Shown here in pieces: positions 1 through 10,416 of a stretch of 64,000 nt of DNA. The stretch lies in NCBI GenBank assembly GCA_036311065.1, contig JAXJQQ010000061.1, positions 711 to 64,710 of the forward strand, read 5' to 3'. Within the stretch, counting starts at the first letter, position 1; each line of letters begins with the position of its first letter. The notes beneath the pieces are model-generated. The model had not been told where the DNA came from. It ran no database searches and saw only the letters and a list, made by a program, of their open reading frames with translations. Both the position numbers and the translations under genes were made by a program. The DNA comes from Acutalibacteraceae bacterium. Lineage in GTDB: Bacteria; Bacillota; Clostridia; Oscillospirales; Acutalibacteraceae.

Positions 1-723
1 GTACCCGTTGACGAAACAGCTCAGAAGGTACGTGAGTGCCTTCCCGGTGCAAACTGCGGTGCCTGCGGTTATACAGGCTGCGACGGATATGCTGATGCTC
101 TTTCAAAGGGTGAAACAAAGGAATGTAATCTCTGTACACCGGGCGGTAACGATGCCGCTCAGGCAATTGCAGCGGTTATGGGTCTTGAAGCAGGCAGTGT
201 TACACCTATGGTTGCTGCCGTTATGTGTCAGGGTAACAAAACAAATGTTGAAGAAAAGCTTCTTTACAGCGGTGTTCACTCCTGCAAAATAGCAACTCAG
301 CTTTTCGGCGGCCCCAAAAACTGTGTTCACGGTTGTATCGGTTTTGGTGACTGTGTTGAGGTTTGTCCCTACGATGCAATTTTCATCTGTGACGGTGTTG
401 CAAGAATTAATCCGGATAAATGCCGTGCTTGTAAAAAGTGCATCAAGACCTGTCCCAGGCAGCTTATTGATCTGTTCCCTCTTGATACAACAAAGGCTGC
501 AGTTCTTTGCAAAAATCATGCAAAGGGTGCCGAAACAAGAAAACAGTGTAAGGCAGGCTGCATCGGTTGTATGAAGTGTACAAAGGTATGCCCTGAGGGT
601 GCAGTTACCGTTGAAAACTTCTGTGCAAAGGTAGACTATGATAAGTGTACCGGTTGCGGTGCCTGTCATGAGGCTTGTCCCGTTGGCTGCATTGATATTT
701 ATAATATCAAAAAGCATTTCTGA
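1..723 (+). CDS. rnfB: Rnf electron-transport complex subunit B (RnfB), N-terminus cut by window edge
   Basis: Frame 1 is open from nt 1 (VPVDETAQKVRECLPGANCGACGYTGCDGYADAL...) and continuous with listed ORF 178..723. It has a CxxCGxxGC motif followed by several CxxCxxCxxxCP 4Fe-4S ferredoxin motifs. Confidence 0.85.
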   Translation, partial: VPVDETAQKVRECLPGANCGACGYTGCDGYADALSKGETKECNLCTPGGNDAAQAIAAVMGLEAGSVTPMVAAVMCQGNKTNVEEKLLYSGVHSCKIATQLFGGPKNCVHGCIGFGDCVEVCPYDAIFICDGVARINPDKCRACKKCIKTCPRQLIDLFPLDTTKAAVLCKNHAKGAETRKQCKAGCIGCMKCTKVCPEGAVTVENFCAKVDYDKCTGCGACHEACPVGCIDIYNIKKHF

Positions 724-747
724 TGAACTTAAGTTAAATGAAAATAC

Positions 748-795
748 AGCGGATATTCTTGGCAATTAAGCTCAGAATATCCGCTTATTATATTT
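748..795 (+). terminator. rho-independent terminator after rnfB
   Basis: Perfect 12-bp inverted repeat AGCGGATATTCT (748-759) / AGAATATCCGCT (774-785) followed by a T-rich run. Confidence 0.7.
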
Positions 796-1092
796 TGGTT
801 GATTTTTGTGTTAAAATCAGCACTTGGGTGGGGATTTTTAACCGAAAAAGCGTGATTTTACGGTTAAAATGGGCTTATAATGGTGAGTTAAACATATGCT
901 TGATACTGTTTTCTCAAAAACGCTATTTTAAAAGGCTTTCATATAAAAACAAGAAAACTACAAGACAAATCATAAAATCGCCTTTAAAGGCCTGTTTTGC
1001 TAAAAATTCGGCAAGCTAATAAAAACAGTCTTTTTTAACAGTAAAAAAGAAGGGATATATGAGACTTTTTGTTCTCATATATCCCGTTAATT

Positions 1093-2643
1093 TTATCGTG
1101 CAATTATATATTTGGCAACTGAGAAATCACCGTTAATACAGCTTCCGTTACTGCATTTTACAATGGGACGGACCTTGAAGTTGTAGTACTGGTCTTTTTT
1201 GAGTCCCGTTGCAGTATATGAAAATGTTTTGGCGTTAACTGTTGCAATTTTTTTGTAGTTTTTATTTTTTTCGCCCGTTGACATATAAATCTCATATCCG
1301 TCAGCACCCTTTACCTTTGTCCAGGAAACGATGCACTTATTTGTGCCCCTTTTAAGGGTAATGGTGGGAATACCTTCGGTTTTTGTTGCGGTTATGAGAG
1401 CCTTTGAAGCTTTTGTGCAGTAGATATTATCCTCTTCTCTTGTATAGGCTACAACACGGAACTGATATTCTGTTGCACTTTTAAGCTTTTTTACTTTAAA
1501 GGTAAGCTTATCTGTTGCGGGAACCTTACCGAGCTCAATCCACTTATCACCTGATTTGCGGTATACGGTATATCCTGTTGCACAGGAGAACTTATCCCAC
1601 TTAAGGGTGATTGAATCGGCTGTAACGCGAGAAGCTTTGGGTGAAGACATTCTCATTCCTTTGAAGTCTTTTAATGTAAGGGCAGGTACAGACTTGCTTT
1701 TTTTGGTACCGCACTGCTTACAGGTAAGTGTCATCTTACCCTTTTCTTCAAAGGTAGGCTGCTTGGTTATCTTTTCCGTATAGCTGTGGGTTTCGCAAAC
1801 GATTTTTATATTAAGTGTGGAGCTGTCCTTGTATTCACCGGTTGTTCCGTTGATAGCACGCAGCTTAATTTTATAATTGCCTGTATCAAGCTTATTTTTT
1901 GCAATTGTAAAGGCTTTTTTTGCTGAGCCTATTGAAAAGGCTTTGCTGTTGTTCCAGTCATATTTATCCGTCTTGGTGTTCAACTTTGCAACAAGGAGCT
2001 TATAAGAGGAACAGTTCTTGTTTGATGAAGTCCACTTGAAGGGGATAGCTTCATCCATATCGTAGGTTTTATCCTTTTTTGCCAGAGATAAATCAGGCTT
2101 TGACGGAGTTTTGTTTCCGTAAGCGGGCCAGTAGGATTCTTTTGCCTTGGCACCTCTCTGTTTTGCTTTTACACCCTTGTTTGAGGGTATTTCAAAATAG
2201 TAGCACCAGTAATAACCTGCATCATAAGCACCGCTTGAATTGTTGGATACTGATTTAAGGTACTTATAGATGTAGTTATATGAATTCTGACTGAGCTCAT
2301 GCTTCAGATAGCTCATCTGACCTTCAACGGAAAGGTAGCTGAGTCCGTTTTTCTCGCAATATCTTTTAAGATTTTTGAATCTGCCGCCGTTCCACTGGCA
2401 CAAACCACCGCTCTGGAGGCCGTTACTGTCTCTGATAACAAGGCGGGGATTGAATTCAGATTCTCTTTCTATGTTGGCGAGTATGCCGCAGGCTGCTGCT
2501 GAATTAAGATTCATTTCTTTTGTGAGAAAGGAATAGATTTTCTGTTTGTTGCTTGAAGTTGCATTAGCGGAGAGTGGTATAATTGCGACAAGGGTAACAA
2601 TAGTCATTGCAAGAAGCAGCGCTCTTGTTAAAGCCTTTTTCAT
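1093..2643 (-). CDS. secreted cell-wall hydrolase-like protein (phage-tail-lysozyme-type domain plus two FN3-like repeats)
   Basis: ORF 1093..2676. Preferred start is ATG 2643 (MKKALTRALLLAM...) with an AGAGGTG SD, which gives a signal peptide. LNSAAACGILANIERESEFNP...GGLCQWNGGR resembles phage tail lysozyme-type domains. The C-terminal half has two fibronectin-III-like repeats (ITLKWDKFSCATGYTVYR, CIVSWTKVKGADGYEIYM). Confidence 0.75.
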   Translation of the reverse strand: MKKALTRALLLAMTIVTLVAIIPLSANATSSNKQKIYSFLTKEMNLNSAAACGILANIERESEFNPRLVIRDSNGLQSGGLCQWNGGRFKNLKRYCEKNGLSYLSVEGQMSYLKHELSQNSYNYIYKYLKSVSNNSSGAYDAGYYWCYYFEIPSNKGVKAKQRGAKAKESYWPAYGNKTPSKPDLSLAKKDKTYDMDEAIPFKWTSSNKNCSSYKLLVAKLNTKTDKYDWNNSKAFSIGSAKKAFTIAKNKLDTGNYKIKLRAINGTTGEYKDSSTLNIKIVCETHSYTEKITKQPTFEEKGKMTLTCKQCGTKKSKSVPALTLKDFKGMRMSSPKASRVTADSITLKWDKFSCATGYTVYRKSGDKWIELGKVPATDKLTFKVKKLKSATEYQFRVVAYTREEDNIYCTKASKALITATKTEGIPTITLKRGTNKCIVSWTKVKGADGYEIYMSTGEKNKNYKKIATVNAKTFSYTATGLKKDQYYNFKVRPIVKCSNGSCINGDFSVAKYIIAR

Positions 2644-2920
2644 TTTATCACCTCTGGAATATTCTGTGCCCGACAAAAATGTTCAGCGGTCGGACAGACA
2701 GGCACCTTAGAACCGGTTACCGGCTATCACTTTGAATTTGCATAAACTCGGCTTTTTGAATACTCTTTAACTCACTTTCTTTTGATTTGTTGATATAAAT
2801 ATTCACAAGAGTATTCAGCCTCGCTCTGACCTTGCAGATGAAAGCCTTCCGTATTTCTTGCCTGATAGAGCGGGAAAAGCCCACCCTATGTAGGTTCAGC
2901 CCATTTCGGCAACGGTTGGT

Positions 2921-2949
2921 ATTATATCTATTTATGCCATTATTGTCAA
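2921..2949 (-). promoter_or_regulatory. sigma-A type promoter, about 270 nt upstream of the 1093..2643 gene
   Basis: Minus strand TTGACA (2944-2949), 17-nt spacer, TATAAT (2921-2926). Confidence 0.55.
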
Positions 2950-3142
2950 GTTTTATGCATTTTTGGGGTATTTTTTGCCCATAAATCAAAAAAAATCATC
3001 CCTGACAGAGGGATGATTTTTGTAAGTTATAAATAAAATTCTTTCAGGATTTAAGAGTCTGTTGTGAAACTCGCTGAAAATGCCCAAAAATGGCCTTTTG
3101 TGCAAATTGTGCACAAAAAAGTGTCGAATTTTTTGGTAAAAA

Positions 3143-4585
3143 TCAATAAGCTTTGCCCCAATATACCATATGTTGTGCTTTTTTGCCACAACATACACAA
3201 GTGTCTGAAATGTTTTCCTGCTCAAGAGGGATACAACGTGAGCCAACGCCTGTGATTTCTTTAACTTTATCCTCACATTCTTCGTCTCCGCACCACATTG
3301 CTTTGATGAAGCCGTCACCTTTTTCGTTAAGAGCAGTAGTGATTTCATCAATGGTTTTGCAGGAATATGTTCTGTTTTCGCGGTTTTCAAGAGCCTTCTG
3401 ATAAATACCTTCGTTAACCTCTGTAAGCTTTGCCTTAACTGTATCGGAAAGACCTTCAAGGGCAACAAAGCTCTTTTCTCTGTTGTGACGGGTAACAACA
3501 ACACACTGACCGTTTTCAATATCACGGGGACCAACCTCAATACGTACGGGCACACCCTTCATTTCGTATTCAGCATATTTCCAGCCTGCTGAGTTGTTGC
3601 TGTCGTCAACCTTGACTCTGATGCCTGCTGCCTTAAGCTCTGCTGCGAGCTCATCGCACTTTTCGAGAACGCCGGGCTTATGCTGAGCAACAGGGATAAT
3701 AACTGCCTGAATAGGAGCTACTGCAGGGGGAAGAACAAGGCCGTTATTATCGCCGTGAGTCATAATGATTGCACCGATAAGTCTTGTTGTCATACCCCAT
3801 GAAGTCTGATGGGGATATTCGGGCTTGTTTTCCTTGCTCTGATACTGAATGCCGAAGGCCTTTGCAAAGCCGTCGCCAAAGTAGTGTGAGGTACCTGCCT
3901 GAAGGGCTTTACCGTCGTGCATAAGAGCTTCGATTGCATAGGTTGAAACTGCACCTGCGAACTTGTCGCTTTCTGTTTTCTTACCCTTTACAACGGGGAT
4001 TGCAAGGTATTTTTCACAGAAGTCAGCATAAACATTAAGCATTTTTTCTGTTTCGGTAATTGCTTCCTCTGCTGTTGCGTGAATTGTGTGGCCTTCCTGC
4101 CAGAGGAATTCTCTTGAGCGAAGGAAGGGACGTGTTGTCTTTTCCCAGCGAACAACGCTTACCCACTGATTGTAAAGCTTGGGAAGGTCTCTGTGGGAGT
4201 GAATGATGTTTGCGTAGTGCTCACAGAAAAGAGTTTCTGATGTGGGACGTACACAAAGTCTTTCTTCCAATTTTTCGCTGCCGCCGTGGGTTACCCATGC
4301 AACTTCGGGAGCAAAGCCTTCAACGTGATCCTTTTCCTTCTGAAGGAGTGATTCGGGGATGAACATAGGCATACAAACATTTTCGTGGCCTGTTTCCTTG
4401 AACATACCGTCAAGGATTCTCTGAATATGCTCCCAGATAGCGTATCCGTAAGGACGGATAACCATACAGCCTTTTATGCTGGTGTATTCAACAAGCTCTG
4501 CTTTCTTGCAGATGTCAGTATACCATTTGGCAAAATCTTCTTCCATTGAAGTAATGTCTTCAACCATTTTTTTATCGTTAGCCAT
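3143..4585 (-). CDS. proS: proline--tRNA ligase (archaeal/eukaryote-like type, 480 aa)
   Basis: Full-length ORF with typical class II ProRS sequence ([28 protein letters not shown]) and a C-terminal Cys-containing domain ending in Tyr. Confidence 0.93.
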   Translation of the reverse strand: MANDKKMVEDITSMEEDFAKWYTDICKKAELVEYTSIKGCMVIRPYGYAIWEHIQRILDGMFKETGHENVCMPMFIPESLLQKEKDHVEGFAPEVAWVTHGGSEKLEERLCVRPTSETLFCEHYANIIHSHRDLPKLYNQWVSVVRWEKTTRPFLRSREFLWQEGHTIHATAEEAITETEKMLNVYADFCEKYLAIPVVKGKKTESDKFAGAVSTYAIEALMHDGKALQAGTSHYFGDGFAKAFGIQYQSKENKPEYPHQTSWGMTTRLIGAIIMTHGDNNGLVLPPAVAPIQAVIIPVAQHKPGVLEKCDELAAELKAAGIRVKVDDSNNSAGWKYAEYEMKGVPVRIEVGPRDIENGQCVVVTRHNREKSFVALEGLSDTVKAKLTEVNEGIYQKALENRENRTYSCKTIDEITTALNEKGDGFIKAMWCGDEECEDKVKEITGVGSRCIPLEQENISDTCVCCGKKAQHMVYWGKAY

Positions 4586-4709
4586 AGTAATTTTCCTTTC
4601 AAATTACTCGCGAAAAAACACATATATATAATAGTATACAAATTTCGCCTTTTTTCGCGGTGGATTTGTCAACCCACAGTGTAAAAACTGTGGGTTGTGT
4701 GATTAATTT

Positions 4710-7700
4710 TTAAGCCTTTTTTACAGAAATTACAATCTTCTTGTCACCGATTGCGATTTCCTTTGTAAGGTCAGCTTCAATAGCTTCGCTTACGATTGAA
4801 TCGGAGAGAAGTTCTTCGCACATATAAGCGTTGTTGCTGTCAAGAACTGCTGAAACAAGAGCATCGTCAGAGGAAACTGACATAACAACTCTCTGGTCAA
4901 CCTCGTAGCCTGCTTCCTTTCTGATAAGCTGACACTGACGGATGATATCACGGAGTGTACCTTCGGCAATAAGCTCATCGGTGAGAACAACATCAAGAGC
5001 GATGATTGTGTCGCCCTGACATTCAGCAGAAACGATACCTGCCTTTGTCTTTGACATAACTGTAAAGATTGAAGGATCATAAGCTTCGTCAAAGCCTTCA
5101 ACAAGAACAGCTTCACCGTTCTTTGCCTTGGCTGTATATTCAGCCATCTGTTCTGCTGTTGCAGCTTCAAGAGCCTGTTTCATCTTGTTTACATTCTGCT
5201 TGAGTACTGCACCTGCAACCTTGAAGTTAACGGTGAGGTAGCTGTCCTCAAGAACGGATGAATCACTGATGTATTCGAGAGCCTTGATGTTAAGCTCGTC
5301 AAGAATATTCTTTTCAAACACCTTAACCTGCTCTGCCTTATCTGCCTCGCAGCATACGAAAAGCTTAGCGAGAGGCTGACGAACCTTGATCTGATGCTCA
5401 TTACGAAGTCTCATTGCTACAGCAATGATTTCACGGGCAAAGGCTGTCTGTTCAATAATACCGTCATTTTCAAAGCCTTCGATTTCTGTGGGCCAGTCTG
5501 AAAGGTGAACGGAAAGCTCAACTGAAGGCATTACACGGCGGATAAGATTCTGCCAGATACTTTCTGTCATAAAGGGAGTTACGGGAGCCATAACCTTAAC
5601 GCATGCATTGAGAGCCTGGAAAAGAGTCCAGTAAGCAATCATCTTATCGCTTTCGTCACCGGTCTTCCAGAAGCGGCGGCGGTTTGTTCTGATATACCAG
5701 TTGGAAATATCATCAACAAAGATTTCGAATTCCTTAACCATATTGTAGGCTTTGTAGTCTTCCATCTGAGCAGTTGCCTTATTGATGAAGTCATTTGTTC
5801 TGCAGATGAGCCACTTGTCTGTAACGGTCATTGCATTCTTATCGGGAGTATAGCCCTCAAAGTTGGGCTTATCAATTTTTGCATAGGTTTCAAAGAAGGT
5901 GTAGATGTTCCAGAAGGAAAGAAGCTTTCTTCTGGCTTCGTCACCAAGGTTGAAGCCGAAGCGGACATCATTTGCAACGGAGCCGCCTGCATAAAGGTAA
6001 CGGACTGTGTCAGCACCGATTTTTTCTGCAGCTTCATCAAAGCGGATCATATAACCGGTCTTTGAGAATTTCTGTCCGTTTTCCTGGATAACGCTTGAGT
6101 GGCAAAGAACTCTTTCATAAGGAGCTCTGTCCTCAAGAACGGTGCTCATAAACAGAAGTGAGTAGAACCAGAGACGAACCTGCTCTCTCATTTCAACAAC
6201 CCATTCTGCGGGGAAGTTCTTCTTCCATTCTTCTTTATCTGTAAAGTAGCCTGTTGTTGAGAAGGGAACGATACCTGCATCGAGCCATACGTCACCAACG
6301 TCGGTGATACGCTTAACATTCTTGCCGCACTTGGGACACTTGATTTCAACCTCGTCAATCCAGGGTCTGTGAAGCTCGGGAAGAGCGTCAACCTTTGCGG
6401 GATCAACTGCAAGTGATTTGAGTTCATCAATTGAGCCAACAACGTGAACGTTGCCGCAGTCCTCACATACATAGAAGGGGAGAGGCATACCGTAGAAACG
6501 CTTACGGGAAATGTTCCAGTTGCCCATATTGTTGAGCCAGTCAATCATTCTCTTACCGTTTGATTCGGGCTCCCACTTAACGCTCATAGCGTTTCTGATA
6601 AGGCGGGGCTTAAGCTCCTCAGTTGTGATGAACCAGGAGGGAACAAGACGGTAGATGAGTTCTTCCTTACATCTCCAGCAAACAGGGTAGCTGTGCTCGT
6701 GAGGCTTAACAAGGTAAAGCTTGTCTCTCTGCTTGAGTTCTTCAAAAACCTCGTCAGCAATTTTCTTGCTGTCCTTACCTGTGAAGAAGCCGAAGCCCTT
6801 GAGGAAAATACCCATATCGTCAACGGGCATAATTTCAGGAAGGCCGAGTCTCTTACCAAGCTCGTTATCTTCTGCACCGCAGCCGGGAGCGATGTGAACA
6901 ACGCCTGTACCTTCTTCAGCATCAACATCTTCCCATGCAACAATTTTGTGTTCGAAGCCCTGCTGAGCCTCGAGCTCGGGGAAGCAGGTGTCATATCTGA
7001 GACCTACAAGCTCCTCGCCCTTGAACATGCGGAGAACCTCCTGCTTGTCATCGCCGAGATATTTTATAGCATTTTTAGCAAGAATAAGTGTTTTTTCATC
7101 TGAAGCAACCTTAACTTCAACATAGTCGATTTCAGGGTTAACTGCAAGAGCAACGTTTGAAGAAAGGGTCCAGGGGGTAGTTGTCCATACAACGATTTTG
7201 CTGTTTGTTCCTTCAACGGGAAGCTTGAAGAATACAGAGTTATGAGTAACAGTCTTGTAAGAACCGGTCATTTCATGCTCTGAAAGTGATGTGCCGCAAC
7301 GGGGACACCAGGGCATGGGCTTGTATTCTCTCTTGATCCAACCGTTATCGTCGCAGGTTTTAAGGAAGTGCCAGATTGATGTGATATTAAGGTCGGTGTT
7401 GGTGTAGTAGGAGTTATCCCACTGCATCCACTGGCCGAGTCTCTTTGACTGCTCGGTGATAACACCTGAGTACTGCTTAACACGGTCAACGCACTTTCTT
7501 GTAAATTTGTCGATACCGTAATCCTCGATATCCTTTTTTGATTCAAAGCCGAGGTCCTTTTCAACGCCGACCTCAACCCAGAGACCCTGGCTGTCAAAGC
7601 CGTTCTGACAGCGGCAGTCATAGCCTCTCATATACTTATATCTGATGAAGGTATCCTTTAAGGTACGACCCCAGGCGTGGTGGATACCCATAGGGTTGTT

Positions 7701-7847
7701 AGCGGTGATAGGTCCGTCAATGAAACGGAAACGCTCCTTACCCTCGTTTTTAGCCTTACGCTTTTCATAGCATTCATTTTCTTCCCAGAACTTGAGAACA
7801 TCGTGTTCCATGGAAATAAAACTGTTGCTTTTTTCAATTTCTGCCAT
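4710..7847 (-). CDS. ileS: isoleucine--tRNA ligase (long type, 1045 aa)
   Basis: Class I aaRS with a HIGH-like motif (PMGIHHAWGR), a KMSKS-like motif (KFSKTG), a CxxC zinc knuckle and an editing domain. The internal antisense ORFs are ignored. Confidence 0.95.
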   Translation of the reverse strand: MAEIEKSNSFISMEHDVLKFWEENECYEKRKAKNEGKERFRFIDGPITANNPMGIHHAWGRTLKDTFIRYKYMRGYDCRCQNGFDSQGLWVEVGVEKDLGFESKKDIEDYGIDKFTRKCVDRVKQYSGVITEQSKRLGQWMQWDNSYYTNTDLNITSIWHFLKTCDDNGWIKREYKPMPWCPRCGTSLSEHEMTGSYKTVTHNSVFFKLPVEGTNSKIVVWTTTPWTLSSNVALAVNPEIDYVEVKVASDEKTLILAKNAIKYLGDDKQEVLRMFKGEELVGLRYDTCFPELEAQQGFEHKIVAWEDVDAEEGTGVVHIAPGCGAEDNELGKRLGLPEIMPVDDMGIFLKGFGFFTGKDSKKIADEVFEELKQRDKLYLVKPHEHSYPVCWRCKEELIYRLVPSWFITTEELKPRLIRNAMSVKWEPESNGKRMIDWLNNMGNWNISRKRFYGMPLPFYVCEDCGNVHVVGSIDELKSLAVDPAKVDALPELHRPWIDEVEIKCPKCGKNVKRITDVGDVWLDAGIVPFSTTGYFTDKEEWKKNFPAEWVVEMREQVRLWFYSLLFMSTVLEDRAPYERVLCHSSVIQENGQKFSKTGYMIRFDEAAEKIGADTVRYLYAGGSVANDVRFGFNLGDEARRKLLSFWNIYTFFETYAKIDKPNFEGYTPDKNAMTVTDKWLICRTNDFINKATAQMEDYKAYNMVKEFEIFVDDISNWYIRTNRRRFWKTGDESDKMIAYWTLFQALNACVKVMAPVTPFMTESIWQNLIRRVMPSVELSVHLSDWPTEIEGFENDGIIEQTAFAREIIAVAMRLRNEHQIKVRQPLAKLFVCCEADKAEQVKVFEKNILDELNIKALEYISDSSVLEDSYLTVNFKVAGAVLKQNVNKMKQALEAATAEQMAEYTAKAKNGEAVLVEGFDEAYDPSIFTVMSKTKAGIVSAECQGDTIIALDVVLTDELIAEGTLRDIIRQCQLIRKEAGYEVDQRVVMSVSSDDALVSAVLDSNNAYMCEELLSDSIVSEAIEADLTKEIAIGDKKIVISVKKA

Positions 7848-8066
7848 GGTAATTCCTCCATTTTTTATTTTGCAGAACTTCGGAAAAATTCCGATAACTT
7901 TCCACTTTACATATACTGTTACAGTATACTATATTATAAAAAAGATTTCAAGAAGAAAAGCGGTATTTATTGAAGAAATTGAAAGTTTTTTACATCGTTG
8001 ACTTTTTAAAGAAAAAATGCAACAATATGTGTGTGACTTTGCTCTAATATTACAGAGGTGATTATT

Positions 8067-8435
8067 ATGAAGAAGAAATACACAGTTTTAATTCTTTGTG
8101 CCGTTATCCTTATAAGCGTTACAGTCGGCGGTTTTATGTTTCTTCGTAACGGCAACGCTTTGCATGAGGGCAGGGCACTGATTTCCAAAAACGGAGAATT
8201 TATTTTTATTGACGAAAGAAATTCACCGATTGTTATGGGCAATGCTGACGAAAGAAAGTTCAGTGGCATTACCGACGGCGACTGTGTAATGTGCCTTTAC
8301 GGTATAGTGCTTGAATCCTATCCGGGGATGGCAGATACACTTATCTGCATAAAGCTTTCCGACGGAAAGATAGACGATATTGACAGTGAAGTACTCAATC
8401 AGCTCCGTGAGCTGGGCCGGATAGACAAAAAATAA
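8067..8435 (+). CDS. small secreted/membrane-anchored hypothetical protein
   Basis: ORF 8058..8435. ATG at 8067 follows an AGAGGTG SD. The N-terminus MKKKYTVLILCAVILISV is signal-like. No recognisable domain. Confidence 0.6.
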   Translation: MKKKYTVLILCAVILISVTVGGFMFLRNGNALHEGRALISKNGEFIFIDERNSPIVMGNADERKFSGITDGDCVMCLYGIVLESYPGMADTLICIKLSDGKIDDIDSEVLNQLRELGRIDKK

Positions 8436-8554
8436 TAAAAATTTATAAATAATTCCGAAATATTCTTTTTCGGAATTATATTTTTGCTTTAATGTGTCAT
8501 TATATCCTTGAATAATAATGTGCCATATTATGGTATATGAGGAGGACATAAACA

Positions 8555-10288
8555 ATGAAAAAGAAACTTGTTGCAGTTATTCTTTCAGTTGTTATGCTTT
8601 TCAGTGTAACAGCAGTACCCGCATCAGCAATTGATTTTGAAAGCACAGACAGCACAATTACTGTTATTCTTGCAAGAGCTATTGAATGGGTTTTCGGTGC
8701 TCTTGTTCAGGGCCTTGGCAGTGTAATGAGCGAAAACGATGCCTTTAAGGATGCAGAGGATTATGTTTACGATAACTTCTATGAAGGCACAGGCGAATTT
8801 ATTGATTCAGCTGCAGAGGATGCTCAGTGGTCACTCGGCAGTGCTTCACTCAGCCTTGTTCCCGAAAACTGGCAGGATTATGACCTTTATCTTGGCGGCT
8901 TTATGAGCGAACAGAACCTGTTCACAAACGATGTAAGAGAAATTCTTGACGATATGAAAGTACGCGTTATTGCAATGGACGACGGCAGCGGCAGAGGTAC
9001 TACAGTATTTGCTACAATTGACGCTATCGGCGTTGCAAACTCTGATGTAAGAGTTATAAGAGGTATGCTTTCAGATTTTGCAGAAGCTAATAACCTCAGC
9101 TCAATCAACCTTTTCTCAACTCACTCACATTCATGTATTGATACTCAGGGCTTATGGACAAACCTTTTCGGTAAGGTTCCCTTTAATCTTGTAAGCTCAA
9201 TTGCAGGCGTATTTGAGCTTCAGCAGGGCACTGACCCCGAATATATGGCATTCTTCTATGAAAAGGTAAAAACAGCAATTGAAATGGCTGTTGAAGATAT
9301 GGAAGAAGGTACAATGACCTTTGCTTCAAAGGATATCGGTGAAGAGTACTTCAACAACAAGAACAGACCCTCAGCCGATTCAATGAATACTGACCTTAAG
9401 CGCTTCATCTTCACACCCGATGATGCAGCTTCAAAGGGTACAGTTATTCTTAATATGGCAGCACATCCCGATACAGTAGGTCTTGCAACTGAAAGCGATC
9501 CCACAAAGGGTCACGGTCTTTCAGGTGACTATGTATACTATATCGGTGAAGTTATCAATAACGCAGGCTACGACTTTATGTTCTTCAACGGTGCTATCTG
9601 CGGTATTTACAACGGCGGTGTTGATGTTGACTGGGATCTCAGAGTTGACGCTGCAGCAAACTACGGCAGAGAAATCGGTAAAATGACTCTCGGTCTTACA
9701 ATGAGCGAAGAGGAAATCAAGGCTGACGATTATCTTATGAGCCTTAATTTCACTGCTGAACAGATTGGCGAAAGTGCATACACTCCCTGGTATGAGGGAT
9801 GGACTCAGGCAGAAGAAACTGAGGTTGAGCCTATTCTCAACGTTGCGATCAGACCTGTTGAGGTTGAGCTTACAAACCCCGTAATGCAGGTTGCAGGTAA
9901 GCTTGGTATTTTCAGCTATCAGGTTAAGAAGTCAGAGGGCAAATACTATATGACAACCGAAATCGGTTATATTGAAATGGGTAAGGACCTTAAGATTGCA
10001 ATGGTACCCGGTGAGCTTTGTGCAGACCTTGTTTACGGCGGTAGCTCACTTACTGCAAAGGGTAGTGTTGACGGTAAGGATTTCCCCGGCAAGACACTTT
10101 GCGAAATCTTCGGTGACGACCTTATCGTATTCGGCCTTGCAAACGACGCTTGCGGTTACATCGTTCCCGATAACGACTACTGCCTTGCACTTGCATTCGG
10201 CCACTATCAGGAGCTTATCTCCCTTGGCGATAAGACTGCATCAACCCTTATGGCAGCATTTGAAGAGCTTGCAGCAGAGGTTGCATAA
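8555..10288 (+). CDS. secreted protein of unknown function (weak resemblance to neutral-ceramidase-like hydrolases)
   Basis: AGGAGG SD upstream of the ATG and a signal peptide (MKKKLVAVILSVVMLFSVTAVPASA). STHSHSCIDTQG and AAHPDT resemble metal-site motifs of neutral ceramidase-type folds, so the product call is tentative. Confidence 0.75.
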   Translation: MKKKLVAVILSVVMLFSVTAVPASAIDFESTDSTITVILARAIEWVFGALVQGLGSVMSENDAFKDAEDYVYDNFYEGTGEFIDSAAEDAQWSLGSASLSLVPENWQDYDLYLGGFMSEQNLFTNDVREILDDMKVRVIAMDDGSGRGTTVFATIDAIGVANSDVRVIRGMLSDFAEANNLSSINLFSTHSHSCIDTQGLWTNLFGKVPFNLVSSIAGVFELQQGTDPEYMAFFYEKVKTAIEMAVEDMEEGTMTFASKDIGEEYFNNKNRPSADSMNTDLKRFIFTPDDAASKGTVILNMAAHPDTVGLATESDPTKGHGLSGDYVYYIGEVINNAGYDFMFFNGAICGIYNGGVDVDWDLRVDAAANYGREIGKMTLGLTMSEEEIKADDYLMSLNFTAEQIGESAYTPWYEGWTQAEETEVEPILNVAIRPVEVELTNPVMQVAGKLGIFSYQVKKSEGKYYMTTEIGYIEMGKDLKIAMVPGELCADLVYGGSSLTAKGSVDGKDFPGKTLCEIFGDDLIVFGLANDACGYIVPDNDYCLALAFGHYQELISLGDKTASTLMAAFEELAAEVA

Positions 10289-10416
10289 ACCGTAACTGCA
10301 TTTAAAATGTAAAAAATTAATCGCAGACCTCACAAAGAGGCCTGCGATTTTATCTTGCACCGTTAAAAAATATGTGTTAAAATAGCTTCAGTAATTTAAA
10401 TTGGAGGAAATATAAA

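Noticed and set aside
738-1019. 93-aa plus-strand ORF downstream of rnfB
   Set aside because: It starts inside the rnfB terminator, has no SD, and gives an AT-rich translation. The region is bounded by two terminators.
1093-2643. Phage-tail-lysozyme-type domain considered as evidence for a prophage
   Set aside because: There are no other phage genes, integrase or att-like repeats nearby. The flanks are rnfB and proS. The protein has a signal peptide and FN3 repeats typical of host surface enzymes.
2717-3555. Minus-strand ORFs 2717..2989 (90 aa) and 2986..3555 (189 aa)
   Set aside because: The first spans the promoter and leader of the lysozyme-like gene and starts upstream of its -35. The second runs through terminators and an out-of-frame part of proS. 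Neither has an SD or recognisable motifs.
4790-7861. Many 60-140 aa ORFs nested in or antisense to ileS, and similarly inside purL, glyA, purH, thrS, the ABC genes and others
   Set aside because: These are shadow ORFs typical of long genes with biased codon usage. They lack SDs and domain signatures and are fully contained in well-supported CDSs.
7848-8057. Searched for T-box leaders upstream of ileS and proS (4586-4709)
   Set aside because: The spacers are short and AT-rich. They contain no AGAGA box, no GGUGG T-box core and no terminator/antiterminator pair.
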